From Blepharisma stoltei ATCC 30299 (taxonomy: Eukaryota; Protista; Ciliophora): a DNA stretch of 64,000 nucleotides. Below the pieces are notes generated by a model. That model was not told the origin of the DNA and did not search any database. It saw only the letters and a list, made by a program, of their open reading frames with translations. Positions 1-11,956 of the stretch are shown here, in pieces. Position numbers and translations under genes: made by a program. The stretch is taken from assembly GCA_965603825.1 (NCBI GenBank), contig CBFDEM010000063.1:62001-126000 (forward strand), given 5' to 3'. The first letter of the stretch is position 1. Each line of letters opens with the position of its first letter.

Positions 1-193
1 AATACTCCAAGGATTATTGAAATACTAGGAGAAAGAATTAGTGTGTTTAAATCTCAATAAAACTATAATTATTTCCTTTAAATAATAGATCATTGTTTTA
101 AATACCCTTTGGGATAATTTTTATTAAAAATTTTCTTATCCCATATTCCATGGAATTTTTGCTTCTAAATTGTAAGTAATTATTACTGGACAG

Positions 194-2297
194 ATGTCAG
201 AGCAGGCAGCTCAAGCCAACACAGTGAATAAAAAGGCATCAATCTTTAAAATTCTCCCACCAAGGCCAGCTAAAACTAACTTTTACATTACAGACTTTTT
301 TACGAACATTGACGAAGTTACCAAGCCAACTTTTCTTGAAAGAAATACTGCACGATCCAAAATCATCAGCTTTCTTACAGGTTTTCATGTACTAAACCCT
401 ACCACTTGTCTAGCTTTAATAATTCTTGGTCTTTTAACCTCGCTCTTTGCATTTGGTATTGAATATGCTACATTGAAGCTTTTTGAATTCAGAGAATTTT
501 GTTCAGAGACAGGCATTATGAGTCTTGATCTCTTTATATGGGTAATATTTTCTTTGTTTTTTGGATTCTGTGCTGCATCAGTAGGAAAATATATAAGTCA
601 AGATGCTGAAGGCATAGGAATTCCTGAAATAAAATCGATTTTATCAGGAGTTAGAATTAACCGCTTTTTAAGCTACAGAATTTTTTACGCAAAGGTCCTA
701 GGCTTTATTTCAGCATGTGCTGCAGGATTAAGTATAGGCAGCGAAGGCCCATACGTTCATATCTCAGGGATTATTGCAAACAAATTGACAAAAATTAAAA
801 TTTTCAGGCATCTGCGCGTTGTAATATTTTATTTAGAATCTTACGTTAAGAAATCAAATTCTAGGCGCTGCAGTAGCCGCTGGGATTGCTGCAAAATTTG
901 GCTCGCCTATAGGAGGAATGCTATTCAGTATAGAGGTAACAGCGACTTATTATATTGTCAATAACATGTGAAGAGGCATTTTCTGCGCAATTTGGTGCGT
1001 TATTGGATTTTGGATTGTGAGAAGCGGGAATGCGACAGAATTTTTTGAATTGACTAGTCTGCCTAGTATTGAGCTTACCTATGAAATCTTCTTTTTTATG
1101 ATTTTAGGGGTGATTTCTGGGCTTCTAGGGTCTTTTATTGTATTTGCTACCAATAAACTGACATTTTACCGGACAAGAGCTTATTTCCCAGCAATTCATA
1201 GCCGCTATGTGTACACCCTTATAATTGTCTTGATAATCTCTATCATTACCTTTTATATTCCATTTATGCATGTAACTGAAAAAACAGTCCTAAACACCAT
1301 GTTTAAATCAGGGTATATCCCTACCAATACAGAAGCTGACTGGCATTTATTTGGTTTAGGCTTAGATATGCTGCTATATATTGTTATAAAAACAATTATA
1401 TCTATATTAAGCTTTACCTGCCCAGTCCCATTTGGAGTATTTTCCCCAGTATTTACAATAGGTTCAGTATTAGGAAGATTAACAGGGTACGTTATAGATA
1501 ATTCTGTAGGGACAATTTATACAGGAGTTTACGCAGTTGTAGGGGCTGCATCAGTAACAGCCTCAGTCACCCACTCTTTATCAGTCGCTATAATTGTCTT
1601 TGAAATCACTGGTCAGATTTCCTTTTTACTTCCTATGATGGTTTCTGTCCTTATATCTTTCGCAATCAGCAATTGGCTTGGGATGTCTATATATGATGCA
1701 ATATTAGAGCTAAAAGGCTTGCCATACCTGCCAGGTATAAAGCCTTCTAATTTATATTCATATGCAGCTAAGGACGCAATTGGAAGCGATTTTACATATG
1801 TAAAAAATGACGCGACTATCAGAGATTTCATAAATGCAGTCGAAGAAGCAGGAGTTTCCCTGAATAAAATCCCTATTGTAGACGATAAAATGACTTTGAT
1901 TAAAGAATTATCAGTAAGTGGCATTAGGGAATATTTGAAAAAATATTACAGCGAGTATCCTGAATACTTGCCACCTTTTTCTAGGGATAGATTGGACGCT
2001 TTTTTTAAATATTTGTTAGAAAATCCTGATGATATGAGCGTTGTGGTCCCTGTGGATAATCCTGGATGGAGAGACGAAGAAGAAGAGCCAGAAATTAAAG
2101 CCTTTTTAGACGCGCCAGTTAATTTCGACAGTGATAGCTTGCAGATTGATGAAGCGCCGCTTGCAATACCAGAGACTACACCACTGGCAAAGGTGCATTT
2201 TCTATTTATCATGCTTGGCCTGATGCAGATTTATGTAACTAAAAGAGGAGTGCTAATAGGAGTGATTTCAAGAGATAATTTCACTATGAATAAGTAA
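194..2297 (+). CDS. CLC-family chloride channel/transporter with C-terminal CBS domains; 16-nt intron 821-836; TGA(969-971)=Trp
   Basis: Motifs GIGIPE, GSEGPYVH, FGSPIGGMLFSIE (in frame only after removing gtaatattttatttag), GVFSPVFTIG and FEITGQ. NM[TGA]RGIF matches the CLC WRGF motif. Confidence 0.93.
821..836 (+). other. 16-nt spliceosomal intron (gtaatattttatttag)
   Basis: Removal joins the two CLC frames into HLRV|NLTLRNQILGAAVAAGIAAKFG. Confidence 0.9.
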
Positions 2298-2371
2298 TAG
2301 AAATTAGAAGCATAATCGGTTTTGCTAAAATTTATTAACAATTTCTTATAAATTTAAAAACAGTTATAGCT

Positions 2372-3097
2372 TTATTTACTGTTTGGAGTTGAAAGTAAAG
2401 CCTCGAGCTGGTCTTTGAGTCTCTGGTTCGTTTTCTTTCTGAACTCAATTTCTTCTGTATGAGCTCTTGCTTCGATTTCTTCACGTTCTTTTTCTTTCTG
2501 TTCAATTTCTTCTATTTCTTGGTCAAGCTCATCCACTTCGACAGTAAGGTTTTCACATTCTTCTATCAGTTTTTTAATATCAGCGTCTGTTTCAGCCCTC
2601 CACTGTTCAGCTTGCAAAGCTTTTCTCATCCCATAAGCAATGCTGCTTTCATATAAAGTTTGGTAGGACTGAATAGTCATTCTCAGCTCATCTCTTACTC
2701 TGAGTAGTAAAAGTCCTCTTTCAGTACAAATAATTGTAAGCTGCCTTATAAGCTCGTCAAAACATTGACTGTAGAGCTCTTCTCTTATTGGGCAAATTCC
2801 TGTTTCTCTTGCTTGACGGAGTTCGAGTAAGCTGTCAAGCTGCTCTTGAAGTTTTATTACGTCTTGAGTGGTCGCTGGGTTTGAACTGACATATTGGACC
2901 CAGAGCTGGCCATCTTCAGTGCTTTCGCGTGGCGGTAAGACTGAGTTAAGGACATCTTCAATTTGAGCTTTGTCAGGGGCAACGTTTGGCCTTCCTGGAA
3001 TATTTTTTCCTTTGCCTTTGCCTTTAAGAGAAGTGGAAACTTGGATTTTGGTATCATATTTAACAAGAGATTGAGCTTGAGGGAGGTTATTTGCCAT
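2372..3097 (-). CDS. DNALI1: Axonemal inner-arm dynein light chain p28 (DNALI1/IDA4 family)
   Basis: LNSVLPPRE...WVQYVSS.P.T..DVI.LQEQLD..L..RQARETGICPIREELYSQCFDELIRQ; first ATG at 3097. Confidence 0.93.
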   Translation of the reverse strand: MANNLPQAQSLVKYDTKIQVSTSLKGKGKGKNIPGRPNVAPDKAQIEDVLNSVLPPRESTEDGQLWVQYVSSNPATTQDVIKLQEQLDSLLELRQARETGICPIREELYSQCFDELIRQLTIICTERGLLLLRVRDELRMTIQSYQTLYESSIAYGMRKALQAEQWRAETDADIKKLIEECENLTVEVDELDQEIEEIEQKEKEREEIEARAHTEEIEFRKKTNQRLKDQLEALLSTPNSK

Positions 3098-3271
3098 TTT
3101 ATGCTCTTTATAATTATTTATCTTCAATAGGGAGTTATAGCTAAACAAATTATTTTTTATGTAATAAAATTATAATATTTTTAACCTCTCCAATAAAGAA
3201 ATGCTTAGGAAATAATAAATTTTCATATAATTTTATTAGCAAAATCTTCGTTAAATTTTAATTCAAATAAA

Positions 3272-3793
3272 ATGGAAACAGATACAAATTCTCTAAAGCG
3301 CAAGCATCTTGAATCTCCTTTCGAGCCAGCAAAAAAAATAAAGCCAAATCTCCCTACTCCACAAGTCTTTTGTACGCCAGTTTCAATTATAAAAAATAAG
3401 CGTCTAAGACCTAAAAAAAATCCTCAGGATACAAAGGCAGAAGTTAATTTCTTCAATACATTATTGAATGAACAAAGACTCCTTCAGACAGCTCCTATTA
3501 ATAAATATCCTTCACCTGAAGATAAAGAAAACGCTGAATCTACCCCGATATCAAAACCTTCGCTAAAAGAGCCCCAAACGCACAATTCAAGCAAAGAAAA
3601 TGGCTTCTTTTTCGGAAGAAGTTTCCATGTAACAGGATTTGTCCATAATGAAAATATTGAGCCAGACCCCAAATTAGAATTTCCCAATGAAAACAATAGC
3701 TCGTTGAATTTTGGAAGCTATAATAATAGAATATTGAATTATAGACTTTTCACTTCTCCATTAAAAGATCAAATACAAAAATTTAGCGAATAA
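3272..3793 (+). CDS. Hypothetical low-complexity protein with basic NLS-like segments
   Basis: 173-aa ATG-TAA ORF between AT-rich spacers; KRKH and PAKKIK segments. Confidence 0.6.
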   Translation: METDTNSLKRKHLESPFEPAKKIKPNLPTPQVFCTPVSIIKNKRLRPKKNPQDTKAEVNFFNTLLNEQRLLQTAPINKYPSPEDKENAESTPISKPSLKEPQTHNSSKENGFFFGRSFHVTGFVHNENIEPDPKLEFPNENNSSLNFGSYNNRILNYRLFTSPLKDQIQKFSE

Positions 3794-3907
3794 ACGAGAA
3801 GCTTAATAATGATAATATAATGAAATATATCAATATTTGAATTTGGTAATTTTTAAGCAATTTATAATAGGATAATAAAATAAAAATAATTAGTCTGCTT
3901 ATAAAAA

Positions 3908-4774
3908 ATGGAAGAAATATTTGAAAATAATTGCGGCAGTATTGGCTTACTTTGGGGAGGAGTTTTAGTATGGTGGCTTGTAAATGGATTTTATATAAAG
4001 AAAAAGAAAAGGGATTTATTGCAAACTGTTTTCGTTGTAGGATATTTAGGAAAATTTTTGAATTGGCTTTTTCTGATAGGTATAAGAGAATTTTACGATG
4101 ATAAATCTAATCTCTGTCTTTATCTATTGATGGGGTTTAAATTTTCGTACATATTTGGAAACACAATTTTGTTTATTTCTTTATTAATAGCTAGTAAAGG
4201 TTTTTGGATTGCAAAGCAGATTTTTGATAAAGAAGACATTATTTTAGTATCATTTTTATCAAGCATCACTTATATTGGATTTTTGCTGAATTTTGATTAT
4301 AAATTCAGATTAAATACTCTTGTGGCTGTTTTGGTGGCAATTCATTTTCTTTTTAATGTATATTGCTCACTTGGGAGTCTTAATGCTTTGAAAATGGAAT
4401 TTGAGGGCTCACAAGAATTTGCCATAAACAGAAAACCCTCAATTTGTTCTTTTCGAAGATATATTAAAATATCCCAATTGTTTCTAATTGGGAAAATAGC
4501 GATTCTTTATTTAAAAGAGAACAGTAATCTTGGATTCTATAATGGCTTCGATGATTTATTCGAAGTTTTTGGATTTTTTTCAATTTATTATTTAACCCAA
4601 GATGAGAAAAGAACTACAAATAAAATTAATCAGGTCAATCATTCAAGATTTATCCCATTTTATGAAGCAACATTAAATAAAAAATGTGAAGTTTTTGTTT
4701 TATTAAATAAAAGATTCCCAGAAGACACTCCAAAGTTATGTATAATAGAAGACACTTGCGAGCCCATCTCATAA
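3908..4774 (+). CDS. Hypothetical multi-pass membrane protein
   Basis: 288-aa ORF with about 6-7 hydrophobic segments. Confidence 0.6.
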   Translation: MEEIFENNCGSIGLLWGGVLVWWLVNGFYIKKKKRDLLQTVFVVGYLGKFLNWLFLIGIREFYDDKSNLCLYLLMGFKFSYIFGNTILFISLLIASKGFWIAKQIFDKEDIILVSFLSSITYIGFLLNFDYKFRLNTLVAVLVAIHFLFNVYCSLGSLNALKMEFEGSQEFAINRKPSICSFRRYIKISQLFLIGKIAILYLKENSNLGFYNGFDDLFEVFGFFSIYYLTQDEKRTTNKINQVNHSRFIPFYEATLNKKCEVFVLLNKRFPEDTPKLCIIEDTCEPIS

Positions 4775-4971
4775 AATTGAGAAATTGTTTTTATATTGTT
4801 TATATTATGCTAATAGCATTTTTAATAATCATAACACACCTTTATGAGTAATATTCTGACTATCTTTTTTCTTTTTAAATAATTGCTTTATGCTAGAAAT
4901 AATTAAATTTTGATATCTAAATTCTACCCGCAACATAATTAAATATTTCCTAAAGGGCAAACATTTCTAAT

Positions 4972-5382
4972 ATGGCCACTGACCAAATTCCCCAAATCTT
5001 AAACCCTACTCAATCCCAAGAAGACCCTCGCAAACGCAAAAAACGCGATGACGACTACAAGGATCTGGTAGCCTATAATGCTGAGCTCGTCTCATATATG
5101 CACAAACTTGAATTTACGCTTTTAGAAACTCAAAGAAAATACAAAAGAACCAAAATTCTCTTTAAAAAATACATACAAAAGCTCGCAAAGAACCTAGAGA
5201 AAGCAGGCTACACAGTTCCCACGCTACCTTGCAAGTTTCCTGAAGCAGATGAGGCTGTTGACTTAGAAGGGATTTGGAAAGAGCTTGAAGAAAATCGCAA
5301 ACTACAAGAAGAGGAGGAGAAAAAGAAAAAAGCAAGGAGAGCCAAAAAAGCTGAGGTAAAAACTGAAAATAAAGATAATTAG
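4972..5382 (+). CDS. Small coiled-coil protein, probably nuclear
   Basis: 136-aa ORF; RKRKKR NLS-like motif and heptad-like segment. Confidence 0.65.
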   Translation: MATDQIPQILNPTQSQEDPRKRKKRDDDYKDLVAYNAELVSYMHKLEFTLLETQRKYKRTKILFKKYIQKLAKNLEKAGYTVPTLPCKFPEADEAVDLEGIWKELEENRKLQEEEEKKKKARRAKKAEVKTENKDN

Positions 5383-5503
5383 AATTATTTTTTATACTAG
5401 AAAAGTAATTTTTTTATAATTAATTTTTGGTAATTTAGAGCTCAAATAATAAAACTTGCTTTTAATTTAAGATTATTGTCATATTTATCTAATAATCCTC
5501 AAT

Positions 5504-6277
5504 ATGGTCAAAAAGGTCAAAAAATCCACACAATCCCCAAAACTCGCTGATTCACAAATAAAAAAGGCTTTCAAAGCCGTCAAAGATCTGATCATCTCTT
5601 CTCGAAACACAAAAGATTTGCTGTCAGACGAGCATGAATTTATCAACATGCAAGTAGAAGTCAACCATTTACCAGAAATTGCCACATTAAGATGTGTCCC
5701 AATTCCGCTGCCTCATGCAATTTACGACAAAAAATTCAACTCACAGGTCATGCTAATTGTAAAAGACCCACAAAGAGCCATGAAGGAAAAGCTGGATGGC
5801 CTCGGTCTCAAAGATACCCCACTAACCAAAATTATTGGAATATCCAAGCTTGGCAAAAACTACACCCAGTACAAAGACAGAAGAGAATTAATAAGGCAAT
5901 ACGACTTGTTCTTGGCCGATATCAGAGTTTTCAATATGCTTCCTGATAGGCTTGGCAAGTATTTTTACGAAAAAAAGAAAATCCCTTGCTTGCTTAATTT
6001 AGATGACGACGTCGAAGCCACTTTGCGCCGAGCTATGAGCAGTACTTTTATCATAGCTGCCAAAGGTCCTATTTTCTGCATAAAAATAGCAAGGTCGTCT
6101 ATGAGCGAAAAAGAAGTCATGGAAAACGTACAAGCAGCTATTGAAGCTTTGCCTAATGCAATTCCAGGACTTGAGAGGCAGCACATCAGAAGGATTGAAA
6201 TCAAAGGACAAACGACCATGGCGCTACCTGTCTATAACTTTTTATCAGAAGAAGAAATTCAAGCTTATAAAAATTAA
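5504..6277 (+). CDS. RSL1D1: Ribosomal L1-domain protein (RSL1D1/Utp30/Cic1-like)
   Basis: IPLPH...LIVKDPQ...YDLFLAD.RVF.MLP..LGK.FYEKKK.P is typical of the family. Confidence 0.85.
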   Translation: MVKKVKKSTQSPKLADSQIKKAFKAVKDLIISSRNTKDLLSDEHEFINMQVEVNHLPEIATLRCVPIPLPHAIYDKKFNSQVMLIVKDPQRAMKEKLDGLGLKDTPLTKIIGISKLGKNYTQYKDRRELIRQYDLFLADIRVFNMLPDRLGKYFYEKKKIPCLLNLDDDVEATLRRAMSSTFIIAAKGPIFCIKIARSSMSEKEVMENVQAAIEALPNAIPGLERQHIRRIEIKGQTTMALPVYNFLSEEEIQAYKN

Positions 6278-6297
6278 TAGACTTAAATAAAATTAAT

Positions 6298-7836
6298 ATG
6301 TGTAGTGAATATCCTAGGTTCCAAGATAGGCAGGAATCATATATGCAGAACAATATAATACAAAATTATAATGAAAGACAAGAAGTTTATAGTATAAGTC
6401 TTAGAAGATCCAAAAGAGAAGAATTTGCTTACAAAAGACGCCAAACTTCGACAAATGAAAACACAGAGGTCCCTTTTATAATTACCGGGATGGTGGTGTG
6501 TCTTCCTCGCATAGTGAAAATCCAGGAGCAATTAAAAGAAAATTGTTCAGATGGGATAAAGAAAAAAGCTTTAGAAATGTTTAAAGCTATCATTATGAAC
6601 CCAGAAATTGGGAAAGAAATTATAAAGTATTCAATTGAAAATGGCTTAGTTTTGGATATTTTGGGGTTTGTGAATAGTTCGTTTACTGAAAAACTTGTAG
6701 CTGAAGCTGTGAGTTGTTTATCAGTTATTTGTTATTCAGGAAATGAATTTATTGAGTATTTAAAAAGAAATGATGCGATTGCAAAGTTAATTGGTATTAT
6801 AGATTATTCACGAGAGCTGGCTACAGAGCAAGCATTATATGCTTTAGGAAATATCTCAGGTGAAGCAGACTATTATAGAGATATTTTAATTAGTCTTGAT
6901 TTCTTATCAATTGTTCTTAACTTGATAGAAAAATGCCAAAATAATCCGCAATCAACTCTACTAGAAGTTTCATTATGGAATTTAGGAAATTTAGTAAGGT
7001 GAAGACCTATACCATTTGAGCTTGGAAAACAGACTGCATCAATAGCAAAAAAATTTTTTTTTAGCCCTTCAGAAAAAGTTGTAGCAGAAGCCTTACGAAT
7101 TTTCTTATCTTTATCTAACGGAAGTGACGAATTAATCTCTGAAATTTTCCCATTAAATGTAATTGAAGACATTATGAACTATTTAAATTCCCCAATTGAA
7201 GACATCCATTTTCTAGCAGTAAAAATCATAGGAAACTTAGCTACAGGTGATGACGGTCAAGTACAAAAACTCCTTGATTTAGGACTATTAGGACGACTAT
7301 TAAATTTATCATTTATAGCGTCCCCAAACACAAAGCAAAACATCATGTGAATCTTAGGAAATATTACATGTGGATCTCATTTACAACGGCAGCAAGTTCT
7401 TGACCATACAATTTTTAATTTTATTATGCAAGGAATCATAGACCCATCTCAAAAAGTCAGGCTAGAAGCAAGCTTTGCAATTAATCATATAGTCCATAAT
7501 GGAAATGACGAACAAGCCCTAGCTGTAATTGACCGAGGATTTTTCCGATATGTAAAAGATGCTTTAAGGTTCAATGACCCTGATTTTTTGTATAATATAA
7601 TTGAATTTTGCCAAGGCGCTTTAGGTGCTGGAGACGACAGAGCTGAAGATTTAGGAACAAAAAATATGACTGCAGTAGAGTTTAATGAAACTGGATGCTT
7701 AGACGTATTGGAAAAACTGCAAGATCACAACAATGGAGACATTTACAAAAAAGTCGTATTTATTATTACAACTTATTTTGGGATTGCAGAAAACGTTCCT
7801 CCATTAGATATGGGGCCAGGTGTTGCGTTTTCATAA
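6298..7836 (+). CDS. Importin-alpha-like ARM-repeat protein; TGA=Trp at 7000-7002 and 7348-7350
   Basis: IBB-like SLRRSKREE...KRR; ARM motifs EQALYALGNISG, LWNLGNL, IGNLATG and IM[TGA]ILGNITCG; frame open from 6298 to 7836 with TGA=W. Confidence 0.88.
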
Positions 7837-7841
7837 TAAAA

Positions 7842-8576
7842 TTAGCTAAATTTAATGCTTTCTTTTAGAAATAAAGATATATCTTCTTGGCAATTGTTAA
7901 GAATCCCCAGGATATCGTTTTTTGTTTTATCCATTTTAGATTTCAAGGAGTTTTCGGTCCCTTGCTCTTTTTGATAGCATTTTAATTTAGATTTTTGTGG
8001 GAAAATTATTGCTGGTGGCCGAACATTTCATTTTCGTATGGGTTCTTTATGCCAGGCTGGGATAGCTGAATCTTCAGCGTAATTTTGTTTTATGCAGGTT
8101 GAATCAATTAGATTTTTATATGCATCTGTACATGTTGTTTGGATTGAATCGTGGAGATTATGGGATTTTGGGGAATTGTGCGAAGAGATTGAAGGCAGAT
8201 TGAGTGGCTTTCTATGTGTGATTAAATTTTCTATTTCAAACTCTCTATTATCGGAATTTTGAACAGGGCTTTCGCTTAGCTTTGCTTTAGGATTTCTTAG
8301 TCGTCTATTTATAAGTGCGGTCGGAATTTCCATTGAAAATCTTGAAGATTTGGGCTTGATTTTGTTTGTTAGGGCTACTTGAGGGCCTAACTTGAATTCT
8401 TTTCTCGACGAATATTTCGGCTTATTATGCATGATTTTGAATTTTAAATAGTTTTCATACAAATTGCTTGTCGGCATAGGAGTAGCGCTAAACACAATAT
8501 CATGATTATCAGGAAAACAGTCATATGCATTCAGCCTTTCTGACCTCCATCTTCTGTGTTTTTCTTTAGTCTCCAT
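7842..8576 (-). CDS. Hypothetical protein; TGA(8028-8030)=Trp, true stop TAA at 7842-7844
   Basis: The frame stays open for about 60 codons past the TGA. Likely ATG at 8576 (or 8588). Confidence 0.55.
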
Positions 8577-8744
8577 TTTTAAAATCATAAAATTGATTTT
8601 CCTTATTTTTGTTTGACTATTGAATTTTATATTAAAACTAATGACGTAGGATCTAATATAAGCTCGATGGCTGACATTTGAAAAATATTTATGATAATTC
8701 AAAATTTTTGATTAAAAATGAAAATTCTGTTAAATATAAGAATA

Positions 8745-10262
8745 ATGAAAAAAATAAGTAATTTGGTGTTTGGAATTACTGATGTTTTGACTCTGAAGCA
8801 GTCAACTTTAAGTGGAGCTCTTGATGTTATTGTTATTGAGCATGAAGATAAATCATTGCATTGCAGTCCTTTTCAAGTTAGATTTGGGAGATTAAAAGTA
8901 TTTTTTTCTGAAGAAAAATCTGTAAGATTGATTATTAATGATAAGCCATCAGAAATTTATATGAAATTAGGAAAAGAAGGCCAAGCTTTTTTTATTGATC
9001 CTAAATCAGAAGAACTTAATAGCGATTTAAATGAAATTGAAAACATTAATAGTAATACTGATACTTATCAGAGAAGTCCTGATATTATTATGAAAGAGTT
9101 GGAAAAAAGGCCTGATATTTTTAAGTGGCCTTGGGGATCAGCTCAGAATAAAACAAAAGCGACAGGATATATTAGCTCTCTTCTTGGGTATTTCAGGTCG
9201 CAAGAAAAATGCCAGCCAGGTTTTGAAATGTCTTTATGCTTAGACCAACTCAAAAATAATGAAAATGATCCTAAGATCTTTGAAGAGAACAAAGTTTCTT
9301 GTGAAAACTTTAATGCCGATCCATTTGCTATTTTAAATGATCCAAAACTTGCTTTAAAAATAAATGGAAAGATATATGATCTTGATACAGCTATGCCTGA
9401 AATTTTATCTATAATATCTAGCAATGAAAACATAGATCCAAATGCAAAAGAAATCAAAAAAATTAAAAACATTATTGAGGAAGAAATTGTTATTAATAAA
9501 ACTTTGAAATTAAATTCAGAACAATTGAAAAAACTAAATTTAAAAAAAGGCGGAAATAGGGTTTGCTATAGAATTGAAAACGGTTTGCAATCTGTCATCG
9601 GGAAAATTTATCTTTGGAATTGAAAATCTAGAATGATCGCATCAGATATTGATGGAACTATCACAAAATCTGATGTTTTAGGCCAAGTTTTACCAATGGT
9701 CGGTAAAGACTGAAGCCACTCAGGAATTGTTTCATTCTATAATAATATCAAAAAAAATGGCTATAAAATAGTTTATATCTCTTCAAGAGCAATAGGCCAA
9801 TCAGAACATACCAGGGGCTATTTAAACAGTCTTTATCAAGATAATCAGCTTCTCCCTGATGGACCTATAATTATGAGCCCGGATGGCATTTTTACATCAT
9901 TTGTGAGAGAAGTCATAAGAAGATCTCCACAAAAATTTAAAGCAGAAGTGCTAAGAGATATAGCGGCGTTATTTCCTACAGAAAGAAATCCTTGATACGC
10001 TGGGTTTGGTAATAGAGACACTGATTCAATAGCATATCGGGCAGCTGGGATGCCCCTCCATAAAATTTTTCTAATTAATTCGACAGGGAATGTTTCGACG
10101 TTTAACAATACTTTTGTTAAAACTTATTATGAACTAAGTGAGATTTCTGATAATTTTTTCCCACCTATTGAAGAAAACACCATTTGTGCAGATCAAGAGT
10201 TTAATGACCTTAATTATTGAAGAATTGAAACTCCAGTAATAATATCTGATAATTTAGATTAA
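8745..10262 (+). CDS. PAH1: Lipin/Pah1 phosphatidate phosphatase; TGA=Trp at 9621, 9711, 9993 and 10218
   Basis: N-LIP TLSGALDVIV..SPFQVRFG; catalytic SDIDGTITKSDVLG; GKD[W]SH; YAGFGNR; FNDLNY[W]R. Alternative ATG at 8718. Confidence 0.93.
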
Positions 10263-10507
10263 AATGCAATTTTTTAGGAATTATTTAAGAAAATAATAAA
10301 AATTGTTGAATTTTATTGAAAATTAATTAGGGGCTTTAAGAATATTTTCTTTTACATTTTATGACCTAAAATTTCAAACTGCCTTAGAAATATAATTCAT
10401 AACATTTTTGTATTCTTTTAGCTTGAATCTTCAGCATTTTGCCTTAAATATATCATTATCCTTTATTCTCGGGATTCCCACAATAAAATGATAAATTTCT
10501 TTTAAAA

Positions 10508-11296
10508 ATGAAGTTTCCAATAGAAAGCTACTTACAGAAAAAATCAGACCCAGACTATGGCTATCCTCCCTCAAAAGTAACATTTATTCAGTCTCTAAAA
10601 CAGCTCTCTGAGCAAGCTTTAAAAAAAACTTACCAAATTCCCAGACAAAGGAAGAAATCTTTAAATAAAGTCAAACTTTGTCCTCAAGCACCTGGCTGTA
10701 TCTCAATGTTCCCAAGCGACTCTTTAGCTCCTATAAAGCTTACAATTAACGGAAATCCTGAGTTTTTCTTATGGCATACCTCAAATACTGACTTAAACAG
10801 CGAATTTATTTTTTCCTTGCAATTACTCAATGATCTTGGGGTAAATCTGCCACGTCCTCAACTATTAGATTTTGCTTCTAAATGTGCTATGAGTATCAGA
10901 GAACAAGTACAGCAATACAGAGACTCAATGGGCGGAAAACACTGTGTGCAAGGCTTGCCTGGGGAACACTTAGTTCCTCTTCAATTCGCAGGACAAGGAT
11001 TTCAATGGGATATCGCTTGCCCAGAAAATAGCCCTGAATTTTTCGCCAAAATTTTATGCCAAGATATGGAATTACCTGCAAACGACTGCCCCAGTATTTC
11101 CTTTAAATTAAGAAGTGCTTTAAAAGCTCACAAAATGAGACTAGCTAAAGCCTTTAACGATGAAATTGCCAGAATCCCAGACATAAAAATGCATGTAGAC
11201 GAAGCTCCAAGCTTAGACCAGCTGGAAATAGAAAATTCCATTCAAGAAAGTTTGCCACCTCCACACAGAAATTTAGGGGAAAATACATCTAAGTAA
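10508..11296 (+). CDS. SNF5: SNF5/SMARCB1/Sfh1-family chromatin-remodelling subunit
   Basis: Two SNF5 repeats: PIKL...FLW...SIREQV and FQWDI..PENSPEFFAKILCQDMEL. Confidence 0.75.
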   Translation: MKFPIESYLQKKSDPDYGYPPSKVTFIQSLKQLSEQALKKTYQIPRQRKKSLNKVKLCPQAPGCISMFPSDSLAPIKLTINGNPEFFLWHTSNTDLNSEFIFSLQLLNDLGVNLPRPQLLDFASKCAMSIREQVQQYRDSMGGKHCVQGLPGEHLVPLQFAGQGFQWDIACPENSPEFFAKILCQDMELPANDCPSISFKLRSALKAHKMRLAKAFNDEIARIPDIKMHVDEAPSLDQLEIENSIQESLPPPHRNLGENTSK

Positions 11297-11303
11297 TAAA
11301 AAT

Positions 11304-11885
11304 ATGAATAAAATTTTAGTCAGAGGAATTGATAGTAAATTATCAGAATTTTCGTGTGAAAATTATGAGAATTTTGTTGAAGAGTACTCAGAATGGACTA
11401 AAATTCCTAGGGAGCATTTAAGGATTTCTCAATGCTCAAGAGGAGTTTCTGAAATAAATCCAGATTTTATTGTATGTGTCAGCTTGAAAGTATGCGGAGG
11501 AAAAGGTGGGTTTGGATCTTTGCTTAGAGGACAAGGAATGTTTGCGAGGGTGGATAATTTTGAAGCGTGCAGAGATTTAAACGGGAGAAGGATAAGACAT
11601 ATAAATGATGAAATTAGACTTGCGCAATGGAAACAAAAGCAAGCTGAAAAAGAAGAAGAGGAAAGAAAAAAAGCTGAAGAAAAAGAAGAAAAGGTGGTTG
11701 TGCCTGCAAAAAGAAAAACTAAAGCAGATCCAAATTATAAGAGTGCAGTAGATGACTGTGTAAAAGGAGTTAAATCAGCATTGGCTGCAGGACTTAAGAA
11801 AAAGAATGATGAGCCCATAAAAAAAGCCAAAATTGAAGAGGAGGATAATGAGAAAGATAATAAGATTAATGATAAAAGTAATTAA
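11304..11885 (+). CDS. SDE2: SDE2 (ubiquitin-fold precursor; splicing/replication-stress factor)
   Basis: Diagnostic GG^KGGFGSLLR...NFEACRDLNGRRIRH.N motif. Confidence 0.9.
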   Translation: MNKILVRGIDSKLSEFSCENYENFVEEYSEWTKIPREHLRISQCSRGVSEINPDFIVCVSLKVCGGKGGFGSLLRGQGMFARVDNFEACRDLNGRRIRHINDEIRLAQWKQKQAEKEEEERKKAEEKEEKVVVPAKRKTKADPNYKSAVDDCVKGVKSALAAGLKKKNDEPIKKAKIEEEDNEKDNKINDKSN

Positions 11886-11956
11886 TTGTTATAAGCTAGA
11901 CGTGAAATATAAATAGCCTTGGGAGCTCAAATAATAATTGTATTATATTTAATTAT

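Noticed and set aside
6302-6317. Intron-like 16-mer gtagtgaatatcctag at the start of the importin-alpha-like gene
   Set aside because: Removal would break the frame from ATG 6298 and is not required; unsupported without RNA data.
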